A stretch of 61,482 bases of DNA, the filler included. It is 7 parts of 7 records of this genome, joined end to end, with 100 filler letters (N's around TTAATTAATTAA, not from the genome) between each part and the next. Parts side by side here need not be neighbours in the genome. Positions count along the whole stretch, not along the records: positions 39,017 to 54,936 come from SRR31147125_69263; positions 55,037 to 61,482 come from SRR31147125_69264; 5 more parts are not named here. One strand, written 5' to 3'. Both the position numbers and the translations under genes were made by a program. Position 1 is the stretch's first letter. Every line of letters starts with the position of its first letter. Below the pieces are notes generated by a model. The model was not told where the DNA came from, did no database searches, and worked only from the letters and a program-made list of their open reading frames with translations. This document shows, piece after piece, positions 52,163 to 61,342 of this stretch.

Positions 52163-53034
52163 ATGAAAAAAGAATACCGAAAACTGAACCTCTATGTCAT
52201 ATTTTTATTTTTGTTTTCAATACTTTGTGTCGATAGTAGTTCTGCTGCTGGAAAAAAGATAACAAATAGATTGGGCATGACATTCGTCTACATTCCGGCC
52301 GGTAAATTTGTAATGGGAAGCCCGAAAAGCGAAACTGGAAGAGATTGGAACGAAAAGCGGCACACGGTGAGAATTTCAAAAGGGTTTTACATGCAGGAAA
52401 CCGAAGTCACACAAGCCCAATGGACGTCACTGGTGGAGGGTAATCCTTCTGCTTTTCAAGATTGCGGCAAAGCATGTCCGGTGGATACAGTATCATGGAA
52501 TGAGTGTATGCAGTTTATCTCATTTTTGAATAAATTTGAAAAAACAAGAAAATACCGACTCCCCACCGAAGCGGAATGGGAATATGCATGCCGGGCCGGA
52601 AGTCGCACTGCCTTTTCAGGGGGGGCATGACACAGGATGGTTGCACGCCGCTGGATCCGGTACTTGACAAAATTGCCTGGTATTGCGGCAACTCCGGATA
52701 CAAGGATCCTCCGGATGTGCTTCGGCCCCACCCGGTAAAGACCAAGGCGCCCAATGCTTGGGGACTTTACGACATGCACGGGAATGTTCAGGAATGGTGT
52801 CTGGATAGATGCAAATGGAGAGACATTTGGAATCTCATGGGAAGAACCGGGGTCATCACCGATACGTACAAAAACAACATTGTCGATCCATTGTCCAAGA
52901 AGGGAGATCGTCGGGTCATCAGAGGCGGTGCATGGCATCAACCCCCTCGTTATCTGAGAAGTGCAAAAAGAGGATTGTATAAACCAATTGCTAAAAGAAA
53001 TAGTTTGGGATTTCGCATTTTGAAAGAGCTCTAA
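52163..53034 (+). CDS. Secreted FGE-sulfatase (SUMF1/EgtB/PvdO-like) domain protein; 1-bp deletion in G7 at 52619-52625
   Basis: GKFVMGS, TEVTQAQW, RLPTEAEWEYACRAG, PNAWGLYDMHGNVQEW, RGGAW, GFR. Confidence 0.85.
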
Positions 53035-53080
53035 AGTGGGGGATCGGACAGCGATGATAAAAATTGTATTTTTTAGATCA

Positions 53081-53110
53081 TTGACACGGTTACGGGTTCA
53101 AGTGTAGAAT
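53081..53110 (+). promoter_or_regulatory. sigma70-type promoter upstream of the flagellin gene
   Basis: TTGACA, 18 nt, TAGAAT. Confidence 0.55.
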
Positions 53111-53190
53111 TAAATTTGACGTTTGAAATCGTTTCAGATGTTTAGATGTTTAAAGGCAGATCATCCATTAAAAGAAAAAGGAGATGGAAT

Positions 53191-53949
53191 ATGTCTTCAT
53201 TATCAATAAATTCAAATATTGGCGCACAAAGAGCACTCCATTCGGTTAGTAACGCTTCTCAAGGCGTGGACAGCTCCATAGAACGGCTTTCCACGGGAAA
53301 AAGTATCAATAGGGCGGCAGACGATGCCTCTGGAATGGCCATTGCCAATACACTGGGCAGTGAGGCCAGGGGCGCGGGGCAGCTGATGGCCAATGCCGTC
53401 AATGACATCAGCAGAGCGCAAATTGCCGACGGCGCATTGGGTGAAGCCACCGGCATTCTTCAAGGAATTCGGGATATGGTGGTTCAGTCGAATTCGGCGG
53501 CATTGTCATCTGATGATAGAGGCATGTTACAGCAGGATATCAACAAATCATTGGAATCCTATGGAGATATTTTTAAGAACACGGAATATAATGGGCAGAA
53601 ATTGTTTTCCCAGGAGCCGGGACTCTCTTCGCTGTCTCAAATGGATCTGAGTACCGAAGAGGGGCGGCAAGATGCATTGAAGATGGTCGATGAGGCACTT
53701 GACAGCACTTCGTCTTTAAGAAGTGAATATGGTGCCGAGCAAAATCAGCTCTCATCAAATATTTCAAACCTGGGAACACAGATGGTCAATGCCTATCAGT
53801 CTGCCTCCACCATTGAAGATGTTGATATTGCCCAGGAATCCATGAACATGAAACGCATGGATGATCTCAAGACAACAGGCCTTTTTGCACTGAGGCAGGC
53901 CAACACGCAATCACAGCATGTGATGTCTCTGTTGGGTGGTAATAGTTGA
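53191..53949 (+). CDS. Minimal (252 aa) flagellin-family protein
   Basis: INSNIGA, ERLSTGKSINRAADDASG, QIADGAL, TEYNGQKL, RSEYGAEQNQL, DVDIAQES; no variable domain. Confidence 0.88.
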   Translation: MSSLSINSNIGAQRALHSVSNASQGVDSSIERLSTGKSINRAADDASGMAIANTLGSEARGAGQLMANAVNDISRAQIADGALGEATGILQGIRDMVVQSNSAALSSDDRGMLQQDINKSLESYGDIFKNTEYNGQKLFSQEPGLSSLSQMDLSTEEGRQDALKMVDEALDSTSSLRSEYGAEQNQLSSNISNLGTQMVNAYQSASTIEDVDIAQESMNMKRMDDLKTTGLFALRQANTQSQHVMSLLGGNS

Positions 53950-54058
53950 TGATGTAGAACCTGACGGGAGCCCCCGAAATCCATAAAGCCCCTCCCAATT
54001 CCTTGTTTTTAAAAAGAAGTTGAGGAGCAAGGCACTGAAGCGTTTAAAGAGAACACTT

Positions 54059-54894
54059 ATGAGTCAAAATATAAAGAAGATGTCCGAAGAGGCTGAGCTA
54101 TCCAATCGATCCATGTTGAAAAAAATGAGATTTCCTTGGTTTTTCTCGGAGCCGGAATTCTGACTGTGATTCTGTTTTTTCTTTTTTTCAGGACATCCGG
54201 TGACAAAGAGGGGATATCGGCTGAAAATTCGGCACTGAAAGAGTCTTTTCTGGCTATGGAACAACGATTGACACGGGTGGAAGAGGCGCTTCAGACATTT
54301 GATGCGGCCAAAGCGACCCTTGGAGACGGCACACAAATCACACCGGAGAACATCGAGCAGTACACCGCCCGGGTGGAACGGGTGGAAACAGCGCTTTCCG
54401 TGAAATTTGACATCATGACGGCGAGAGTCGACAAGATGGAAGATAAACTGTCCGCCATGTCCAAGGCGATCTCAAAAAACAGCGCTTTGGCAGCGAAGGC
54501 CGGGAAGGGGGTGGCTAAAACGGCATCCTCCAATACGGGCCTAAATAGTGGAGCTTCATTGAAAAGTGTTACTTCCTCACCCACACCGATGGTCAAAAAA
54601 GCAGCCAAGACGACCAAATCAGCCAAACAGACAACGGCATCAAAAAAAGTTACTTCAACTTCAAGTGCCAAAGCGACAACACCTTCATCAAAATCGACCG
54701 GGACTAAGAAAACAGTCACCGGCAATCAGCCGGTTAAAAAGAGCCCTGCAGTATACCACACCATTGCAAAAGGGGATACGCTTTACAATATCAGTAAAAA
54801 ATACAATACAACCGTGCCTCATTTGAGAAATATCAATGGAATGAGTAGTAAAGATGCCATTATCATTGGGCAGAAACTGAAAATAAAAGAGTAA
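54059..54894 (+). CDS. Membrane-anchored coiled-coil/LysM protein (1-bp deletion in A run ~54119-54125)
   Basis: TM, coiled coil, K/T/S linker, YHTIAKGDTLYNISKKY..IGQKLKI LysM. Confidence 0.82.
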
Positions 54895-54907
54895 CCTCGA
54901 AGTGTCA

Positions 54908-54936
54908 ATAACGGCCATGTCAGGCCACCTGACACA
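54908..54936. repeat. 29-bp repeat arm, inverted relative to 39017-39045
   Basis: ATAACGGCCATGTCAGGCCACCTGACACA ends exactly at the contig edge. Confidence 0.85.
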
Positions 54937-55036
54937 NNNNNNNNNNNNNNNNNNNNNNNNNNNNNNNNNNNNNNNNNNNNTTAATTAATTAANNNNNNNN
55001 NNNNNNNNNNNNNNNNNNNNNNNNNNNNNNNNNNNN
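54937..55036. other. Artificial contig spacer
   Basis: N44-TTAATTAATTAA-N44. Confidence 0.98.
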
Positions 55037-55167
55037 TTGAATCGGGCCAGGTGAAGATTCTCACCGCTCAGGTCCAGTCCGGAGAGATCGGCGTTCTGAA
55101 TTGTCTTCCGTTTGGTCAGGATGTCCCGCAAGGTCGTCAGGTCCATTCTTTTCAGGGTGGGGGTCAT
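55037..55167 (-). CDS. Second pentapeptide-repeat protein, N-terminal fragment
   Basis: ADLSGLDLSGENLHLARF; ATGA overlap with the upstream stop. Confidence 0.7.
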
Positions 55168-56423
55168 TGAATCAGGCCCTCCCGCGTGAGCGTCTCATAG
55201 TGGTCCGCCAACAGCGTTCGCTTCAGGTTGGTATTTTGCATCCGGGTCTGCCCCAGGACCGCACGCCAGAAATCGACGGCAAAACAGTTGGCCCCGCGCA
55301 GGTCCGCGTCGACCAGCCGTGATTTGCGCAGCGAGGCCAGGTGCAGGTTGGCGTACCGCAACCTGGCGGCTTCGAGGTTGCATTTAAGAAAGCGGCAGCG
55401 TACCAGACCGGTCCGCTCCAGGTTGGCTCGGGTCAGATCGCAGCTGTCGAAAATGGTTCGTTCAAGCGCCGCCCGCTGCATGTTGGCCCCTGAAAGATTT
55501 GATTTTTTGCAGTATCCCTGCTTCCAGGTGACACCGGCCAGATCGAGCGCCGGAAAATCCGAATCGTGTGAGATGCGAAATTTGAACAGGTTCGATCCGG
55601 ACAGGGTGACCTTTTCGCCGCTGCAGGTGTGCCACAGCAGGGCATCCGTGGTGATGTCTGTGAACGACGCGTTGCTTAGATCAACCGTCTTGAAGACGCA
55701 TTTTTCAAACCGGGCACCCTCTGCCCGCAAACCGGCGGCACCGGTTTCAGAGACAATCGATAAGCGAAGTTCAGCATTGGTCAGGGCCACGCTATTGAAA
55801 CGGCCCTTTTGAAACAGGGCCTGGTTCAGCCTGGCTCGGGAAAGGTCGCCATCCGTGAGGTCGCAATCCTGAAATAGAGGCATCGCGGCCGTGACGTCGA
55901 CCAGCTGTACTTTCTTAAGAACGCAACGTTTGAAGACCGTACGGTCGAGATATGCACCGGTAAGGTCGGCGCCGGAAAAATCGCACGTCTGAAACATGGC
56001 GCCGTCCAGTCTCGCGCCTTTCAGATCGGTCTCTTTGAACAGGCAATCGGTTACCCGGGCTTCGGAGAGATCCAGGCCGGAGAGGTCTTGACCGGAGAGA
56101 TCCAGCCCCTTCAAGTTCGTACCCTTCAGATCCGCTTCGCCGGCCTTGGCCCGGGCCACTATTTCGGGCGGTTGCGGCTTGAACTTGTCCGGATCGATCC
56201 CGGCATCGGCAAAGGCGGCCCTCATTTCAGGTGTCGGTTCGAAGGCCTTCAGCCGGGCCATGCCCTCGGACTTCTGCGCTTCCAACCGAGGGCCGAGCTC
56301 CCGCAGCCGGCCGATGGCGTGATCGAATCGGGCCTCCTGATCCGCGTTCAGGCCGCCGGCCCGTTTCATCTTGTCACGGATAGCCGCGACCTGATCGGCC
56401 CGCTCGTTCAGTTCCTCGCTCAT
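55164..56423 (-). CDS. Pentapeptide-repeat region (probably the C-terminal part of the DUF2169 protein)
   Basis: Dozens of A(D/N)LxG-type repeats; no RBS before 56423; Pro-rich in-frame extension upstream. Confidence 0.85.
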   Translation of the reverse strand: MSEELNERADQVAAIRDKMKRAGGLNADQEARFDHAIGRLRELGPRLEAQKSEGMARLKAFEPTPEMRAAFADAGIDPDKFKPQPPEIVARAKAGEADLKGTNLKGLDLSGQDLSGLDLSEARVTDCLFKETDLKGARLDGAMFQTCDFSGADLTGAYLDRTVFKRCVLKKVQLVDVTAAMPLFQDCDLTDGDLSRARLNQALFQKGRFNSVALTNAELRLSIVSETGAAGLRAEGARFEKCVFKTVDLSNASFTDITTDALLWHTCSGEKVTLSGSNLFKFRISHDSDFPALDLAGVTWKQGYCKKSNLSGANMQRAALERTIFDSCDLTRANLERTGLVRCRFLKCNLEAARLRYANLHLASLRKSRLVDADLRGANCFAVDFWRAVLGQTRMQNTNLKRTLLADHYETLTREGLIQ

Positions 56424-58867
56424 GGGGTGGGGAGCTGCGGATGGCGGCGGTTGAGGGGGATCGACGTCTCCTGGGCCACGCGCGCCTTAAACGCTTCAGC
56501 CTTTTGGAGCAGTTCGGCCTTGCGTTGATCGAAGGTGGCCTGCGTGGCGGCCGATCCCTGTTCGTAGCCGTCCCGGATCATGGCGCCCATGCTTTCTGCG
56601 GAGAGAATGTCCTCCAGTTTTTTCGCCCCGGGTTGCGGTGCCGCACCGGGCGCATCAAAGGTCAATGCGTGCCGGGATGCCTGCTCGGGCGGCAGCTGAT
56701 CCACGATGGCCTGCCGCAGGTCGCCCGGTTTGGCATGGGGGAGAAGGGTCGGCGCCTCCGGCAGCACTGCGAAGCGGCAATCGGGCACGGCTTTGCGGAA
56801 CAACGTCTCCTGACCGGCCCACCCGCCGTTGCCGGCCACCACCACAATGGCCAGGCCGTCCGCTTCGATCTGCTCGGCGGCCGGTTTCGGCAGCGGTGCG
56901 CCGGGTTCGGGACAGACCGCCACATGAGCAAAGTCCCCCGCCTCCTGCTCCACGAAGGCTGCCGATAGCTCATCCGGTACGACAGCCACGATATGGTGCT
57001 CGGCAGCGGCTTCGAGAAACAGGGGCTCATCCATGGAACCGGGCACCACCACTTCACCCTCGACGGTGTCCAGCGGCTCGGGCCGCACCAGGAGTCGGAC
57101 CAGACGGCGTCCGTCGAAGCGAGGCAGGACCAGGCCGGCCGGTATGGTGAACGACTCCGCGCCCGGCATTGCCGGCAGCCCCCAATCTTCGGCTCGCTCT
57201 TCGCGCTCAGCCGGGTTCCATGCCATCCAGCGGTTGGCGATGGTGTCCGGCTCGAGGCCGATGTCGCCGAGCTGACGTCTCCGTTGCTCATCCAATTTCA
57301 AGTCGACCCGCCAGGAGACCAGCAACGGAAAGCCACGGGCGTGAAAAGGCGGTTCGGCCTCCTGTTCGAGCAGGCTTTCCGGGTCCAGGCCGCCGGCGAC
57401 CATCAGCGGTTTCATCTCCGGTCGTTTGAGGATCTCTTTGGCCTTGGCGAGCATGGCATCGCGCTGCGTTTCGATCTCCCGACCTTTGGCCACGAGTCGG
57501 GCTGCATTGGACTCCATGGCGTTCGCCTTGGCGCGGAACCGGTCGAATTGGTCGAAATCGATATCGGCCACGTGACCGAAGCGGCCGTGCAGATCATTGG
57601 CCGTGGCTTCGACCGAATCGATGGTTTGCCGAACCCGGGACAGGTTGGCTTTTGTCAGACGCCCCAGGTCGCCGGGGCTGTAGTGCATGACCGGTGCCTG
57701 GCCTTGGTGGGCGGCGAGCTTGCGTTTGATCGTCTTGGGCAGGTTCAACACTTTTTTGGCGGCTTTGCCCATCTCCTGTTGGTACTTCTCCTGCATGGCC
57801 GGATCGAAGGGAACGGAAAGGTCGGCCTTTTTGAGCTGTTCATCCCGGTAATACTCCAACGGCCCGGGTTCCGCCTGCGGATTTTCGTCGATGGTGAACA
57901 GCCGCGCCAGGTCGGTGTATTCGTCGTCGGAACAGTTGGTCAGGCCTCTGAAGAGCAGGACACCGCGAAGTATTCCGGGGAAAAGCCACAGGGTTTCGGG
58001 TTTCAGTCCCACCTCCTCGAAAGAGGCCCGTGTCAGCTCCTCGGGCGCTTCCGGATCGCGTCGGGTGACGAAGGCGCGCACCCGGCGTCGCGGCAGGCGT
58101 GATCGGATTACCGGCATGTCCGGGTGCATCCCCGCGATTTCGATCTCCTCGGTGCCCTGGAAAAAGCCGGGCAGGTATTGGTCTTCCGGAGCCATGCAGA
58201 AGAATTCGTAGTTCATGTCGTCGGGCAGGGCCGGCCAGCGCGATTTCAGCCACGCGTCGTCATAGGTGCCGTTCTTTGCGGCACGCTGGGGCCACAGCAT
58301 GTCCAGCGGCGCCAAGCCGGCAGGATCGGGTCGGTCGGTGGGAGCGCCGATCAAAGTGGCTCCCTCGATATTCGGCAGAGGCACAACCGTGGCACCGTCA
58401 GTGCTGCGCTCCGACGCGATGCCTTTGCCCATTGGGTTTATTTTGAAATCCGGCCCGCCGAAGGCGTGCGCCCAGTCCAGGGGGATGGTGTCAAACGGCA
58501 GGGCCTGGCTCATGCGCTGCAAACCGTCTGAGCCAGTGCGCCAGAAACGATCTCCAAAAACGTTCAGCGTTTTATTTGTCGGTCCCACCTTCAGGTGAAC
58601 CTGAGCCGCGGCCACGGTGGTTCCTCTGGGAGCGTGGCAGGCACCCCGGCATAGCACCTCGCCCCGGGGCTTGGGCCAGCCCTGGTCCAGGTAGCCCTGT
58701 TGTCCCAGCAATGGCGTCAGCTCCTGCCACAGCTCCTGTTCGGTGTGCAGGTCGTCCGGTGCGGTGAGGTCGAAATAGAGCATCAGACCGAGGCTGAGGT
58801 AGTTGACGCCCTTGATCTCAACGGGCCGATTGATTAAGGCGTGACGACGTTCTTTGAATATCTTCAT
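56420..58867 (-). CDS. T6SS DUF2169 adaptor with long extra C-terminal region
   Basis: PKPRGEVL, VFGDRFW, WAHAFGG..NPMGKG, LPNIE, GTYDDAW..P.D, APEDQ, GMHP DUF2169 motifs; lies immediately downstream of vgrG. Confidence 0.88.
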   Translation of the reverse strand: MKIFKERRHALINRPVEIKGVNYLSLGLMLYFDLTAPDDLHTEQELWQELTPLLGQQGYLDQGWPKPRGEVLCRGACHAPRGTTVAAAQVHLKVGPTNKTLNVFGDRFWRTGSDGLQRMSQALPFDTIPLDWAHAFGGPDFKINPMGKGIASERSTDGATVVPLPNIEGATLIGAPTDRPDPAGLAPLDMLWPQRAAKNGTYDDAWLKSRWPALPDDMNYEFFCMAPEDQYLPGFFQGTEEIEIAGMHPDMPVIRSRLPRRRVRAFVTRRDPEAPEELTRASFEEVGLKPETLWLFPGILRGVLLFRGLTNCSDDEYTDLARLFTIDENPQAEPGPLEYYRDEQLKKADLSVPFDPAMQEKYQQEMGKAAKKVLNLPKTIKRKLAAHQGQAPVMHYSPGDLGRLTKANLSRVRQTIDSVEATANDLHGRFGHVADIDFDQFDRFRAKANAMESNAARLVAKGREIETQRDAMLAKAKEILKRPEMKPLMVAGGLDPESLLEQEAEPPFHARGFPLLVSWRVDLKLDEQRRRQLGDIGLEPDTIANRWMAWNPAEREERAEDWGLPAMPGAESFTIPAGLVLPRFDGRRLVRLLVRPEPLDTVEGEVVVPGSMDEPLFLEAAAEHHIVAVVPDELSAAFVEQEAGDFAHVAVCPEPGAPLPKPAAEQIEADGLAIVVVAGNGGWAGQETLFRKAVPDCRFAVLPEAPTLLPHAKPGDLRQAIVDQLPPEQASRHALTFDAPGAAPQPGAKKLEDILSAESMGAMIRDGYEQGSAATQATFDQRKAELLQKAEAFKARVAQETSIPLNRRHPQLPTP

Positions 58868-58870
58868 GGA

Positions 58871-61324
58871 TTAGACAATTTCCGATATACCCAACACCGA
58901 GGTTTCTTCGGCAGCAAGTTTTGATACTGATCCCGCCATCCTTGTTTGATTGGCAATGGTTTTAAATTGATTGCCGACTGCTTCGATCTCTTCTCCCACA
59001 CTTTTGGTTCTTGATCCGGCAATGGCGTTGACTTGGGCACTCAATCGCTCAGCTGTCAGAGCCATATGCGTCGTATTCGCTGCGAGATCCTCGGTAGAAA
59101 CCGCCAAAGCGGTGGTCGTCTCTACTAACTTATTATGATCCGCAATGAGCTCATTAATCTCTCCGACCATTTCCCTCCGCATCGCTCCGACCTTATCCTC
59201 CTCGATATGGAATTTCTCTTTCATTTCATGAAAGGTCCATTTGCGCCCGATACCGACCTCAGCTTTTAGCCCGGTCACAAGCTCGAAGACCCCGGCCAAG
59301 GACAGTTCGACCTTGCCGCCCAGGTAACCCTCCTCCGTCATCGCCAGTTTACCTTCCAATACATTTCCGCGGAACATGCCGGTGGATGTGCCTGCCACGA
59401 AATGGTTCAGCGCGCCGTCGATGATCTTGCGCTCTTCGCCGTTGACCCTGAGATAATCGTCTCCATGAACGATTGTACAGTGATCGCCGCTTTCGAAGGT
59501 GAGGCTGTCTTCCGACTTGACCTTGATGCCGCGGGTGTTGTCTTTCCTGCAATCGCCCTGGGGATCGTCCACCTCTTTGGTGTTGGATGTTTCGCTGTGG
59601 TCGTCGTCATCCCCATGATCGTCATCGTCATCATCGTCATCATGATCATCGTGATCATGTCTGCCTCCTGGAGGGTGGAAGGGTCTGGAGCTATGTCTGC
59701 TTGTGCCGACGGTATCGCTTTCTCTCTCCTTCGCCTGAGGCTCTTCGTCATTTTCGTCGTCGGGGTCGTTGCGGTACCCCATGCGGATGAACGAGCCGGT
59801 ATCGGGAGAGTGAAGCAGGATGCGTTGGCGTCCCTCCTGGTCCTCCATGTGCATGACGTTGCCGCTGCCCGACACCAGACGCACCTGGGTCTGGTTTTCG
59901 TCGTGCACCGGGCTGGGCGTTTCCGGGTTGGGGATGGCGCCGGAGATGACCGGCCGGTCCGGATCGGCTTCGATGAAGGAGAGCAGGACCTCGGTGCCCT
60001 TGTGCAGCGGGGCGTGGAACCCCATGCCTTGGCCGGCGTAAGGCTGCATCATGCGGATCCAGGTCGAGCCCTTGCCGTCCTTGCGCCCCGACAGGTCGAA
60101 GGGCAGGATCACCTTGTAGCGGCCGTGCTCGTCCAGTTCGGCGTATTTGCCCGACCCGGCGGCGTCGATCTTGGCCGAAAGACTTCCCGCGATGCGTGGT
60201 TTGGGGGTGACGCGTTCCGGACGGTACTGGGTGTCGCCCGAAATGCAGGTGAAAGTATTGCGGTAGAATAACCCCTGGTGATCTTCCACACCTTTCACTC
60301 CCAGACCACTGACCAGATATTGCTCCTGGCTGCCTTCGTGATGGACGCTGGTGGTAAGATAGTCGCGGTTGAAGCCGTTCGAGTAGTGGCGCTCCAGATT
60401 GAATAGATAACCCGGCCGGACGGCCGGTACGGTGGATTGGCTGTTGAAGACTTTTTCCCGGCAGAGGTACGCTTCGGCCCTGACCGTCGCCAATCTTTGC
60501 CCCTCGCTTCTGTTGGGAAAGTGTTCACCGTAGAGGTAGACTTCTCCTCGGCCCTGTTCGCGCACCTGGGCTTTGCCTTCCAGGTCGAGGCTCGGTTTCA
60601 TGTAGTTGTAGTCCTTGAGCAGGACGTTTTTGGGCATGGGCGTCTGCTTCAGGCTGAAACGCTGGATCACCTTGTCCTGGCTGGTGTCATCCAGTCCCGA
60701 TGGTGGCGAGTAGAAAAATTTCTCGTGGCCGGAGAGGGGCGTGTGGGCGATGTGGGTGTCCGATGCGATCATCTTTTCGGACTGTTCGCCCTGTTCGAAC
60801 CAGTAGTAGATCCCTTCGTGCTCCATCCAGCGGGAGACGAAATCGAAGTGCGATTCCCCATACTGACAGACGTACTCCCGGGGGTCGTACTGGCCCTGAA
60901 GGCGGAATTCGAAGTCCATCCCCTGGGACAGGCCGCCGTCCTGCAGCACGCCGGCGGCGAATTGATCGATCTTTTGATCAAGGAATACCTGGTTGTGATG
61001 GGTCTGGGTGAGCCACCACAGTTTTGGCCTCAGTTCGGTTCGGTAGAAGGTGTAGGTCCCGAACTGATGCAGTTGTTCGAAGGCGGAGAGGATTCCGTGA
61101 AAAGGCAGTTCCGGTCCATCGGCAAAACGATCCTTGATCGTAAAGGTGGCCGGATGCTGAAGCACGGCTGCGATGTCAATATCCTGCTCCTCCGAGATCA
61201 GCAGGATCTCGAAGCGGTACAGGGCCGAAAGCCCCTCTTCGCCGGAAAAGCGGACCACGCTGAAGGTCTCTTTGGGCAGGGCCCTGCTTTCAAACGTAAA
61301 GGCGGTTTCTTTCAATTGGGGCAT
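58871..61324 (-). CDS. vgrG: Type VI secretion spike protein VgrG/TssI
   Basis: GEEGLSALYRFE, CQYGESHFDF..EHEGIYYWF, DYNY.KP, DEHGRYKV, WIRMMQPYAG..PLHKGTEVLLSF..DPDRP; AAGGAG RBS. Confidence 0.95.
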   Translation of the reverse strand: MPQLKETAFTFESRALPKETFSVVRFSGEEGLSALYRFEILLISEEQDIDIAAVLQHPATFTIKDRFADGPELPFHGILSAFEQLHQFGTYTFYRTELRPKLWWLTQTHHNQVFLDQKIDQFAAGVLQDGGLSQGMDFEFRLQGQYDPREYVCQYGESHFDFVSRWMEHEGIYYWFEQGEQSEKMIASDTHIAHTPLSGHEKFFYSPPSGLDDTSQDKVIQRFSLKQTPMPKNVLLKDYNYMKPSLDLEGKAQVREQGRGEVYLYGEHFPNRSEGQRLATVRAEAYLCREKVFNSQSTVPAVRPGYLFNLERHYSNGFNRDYLTTSVHHEGSQEQYLVSGLGVKGVEDHQGLFYRNTFTCISGDTQYRPERVTPKPRIAGSLSAKIDAAGSGKYAELDEHGRYKVILPFDLSGRKDGKGSTWIRMMQPYAGQGMGFHAPLHKGTEVLLSFIEADPDRPVISGAIPNPETPSPVHDENQTQVRLVSGSGNVMHMEDQEGRQRILLHSPDTGSFIRMGYRNDPDDENDEEPQAKERESDTVGTSRHSSRPFHPPGGRHDHDDHDDDDDDDDHGDDDDHSETSNTKEVDDPQGDCRKDNTRGIKVKSEDSLTFESGDHCTIVHGDDYLRVNGEERKIIDGALNHFVAGTSTGMFRGNVLEGKLAMTEEGYLGGKVELSLAGVFELVTGLKAEVGIGRKWTFHEMKEKFHIEEDKVGAMRREMVGEINELIADHNKLVETTTALAVSTEDLAANTTHMALTAERLSAQVNAIAGSRTKSVGEEIEAVGNQFKTIANQTRMAGSVSKLAAEETSVLGISEIV

Positions 61325-61342
61325 GATTGTTCTCCTTTGATT

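Noticed and set aside
2932-54125. Phase variation or programmed frameshifting at homopolymer runs
   Set aside because: The same direction of error occurs in unrelated organisms and gene types, with short runs; sequencing under-call is simpler
12357-55036. Six regularly recurring TTAATTAATTAA motifs as a biological repeat or CRISPR-like array
   Set aside because: Each is centred in a 100-nt N block and gene content changes abruptly across it; it is an artificial joiner
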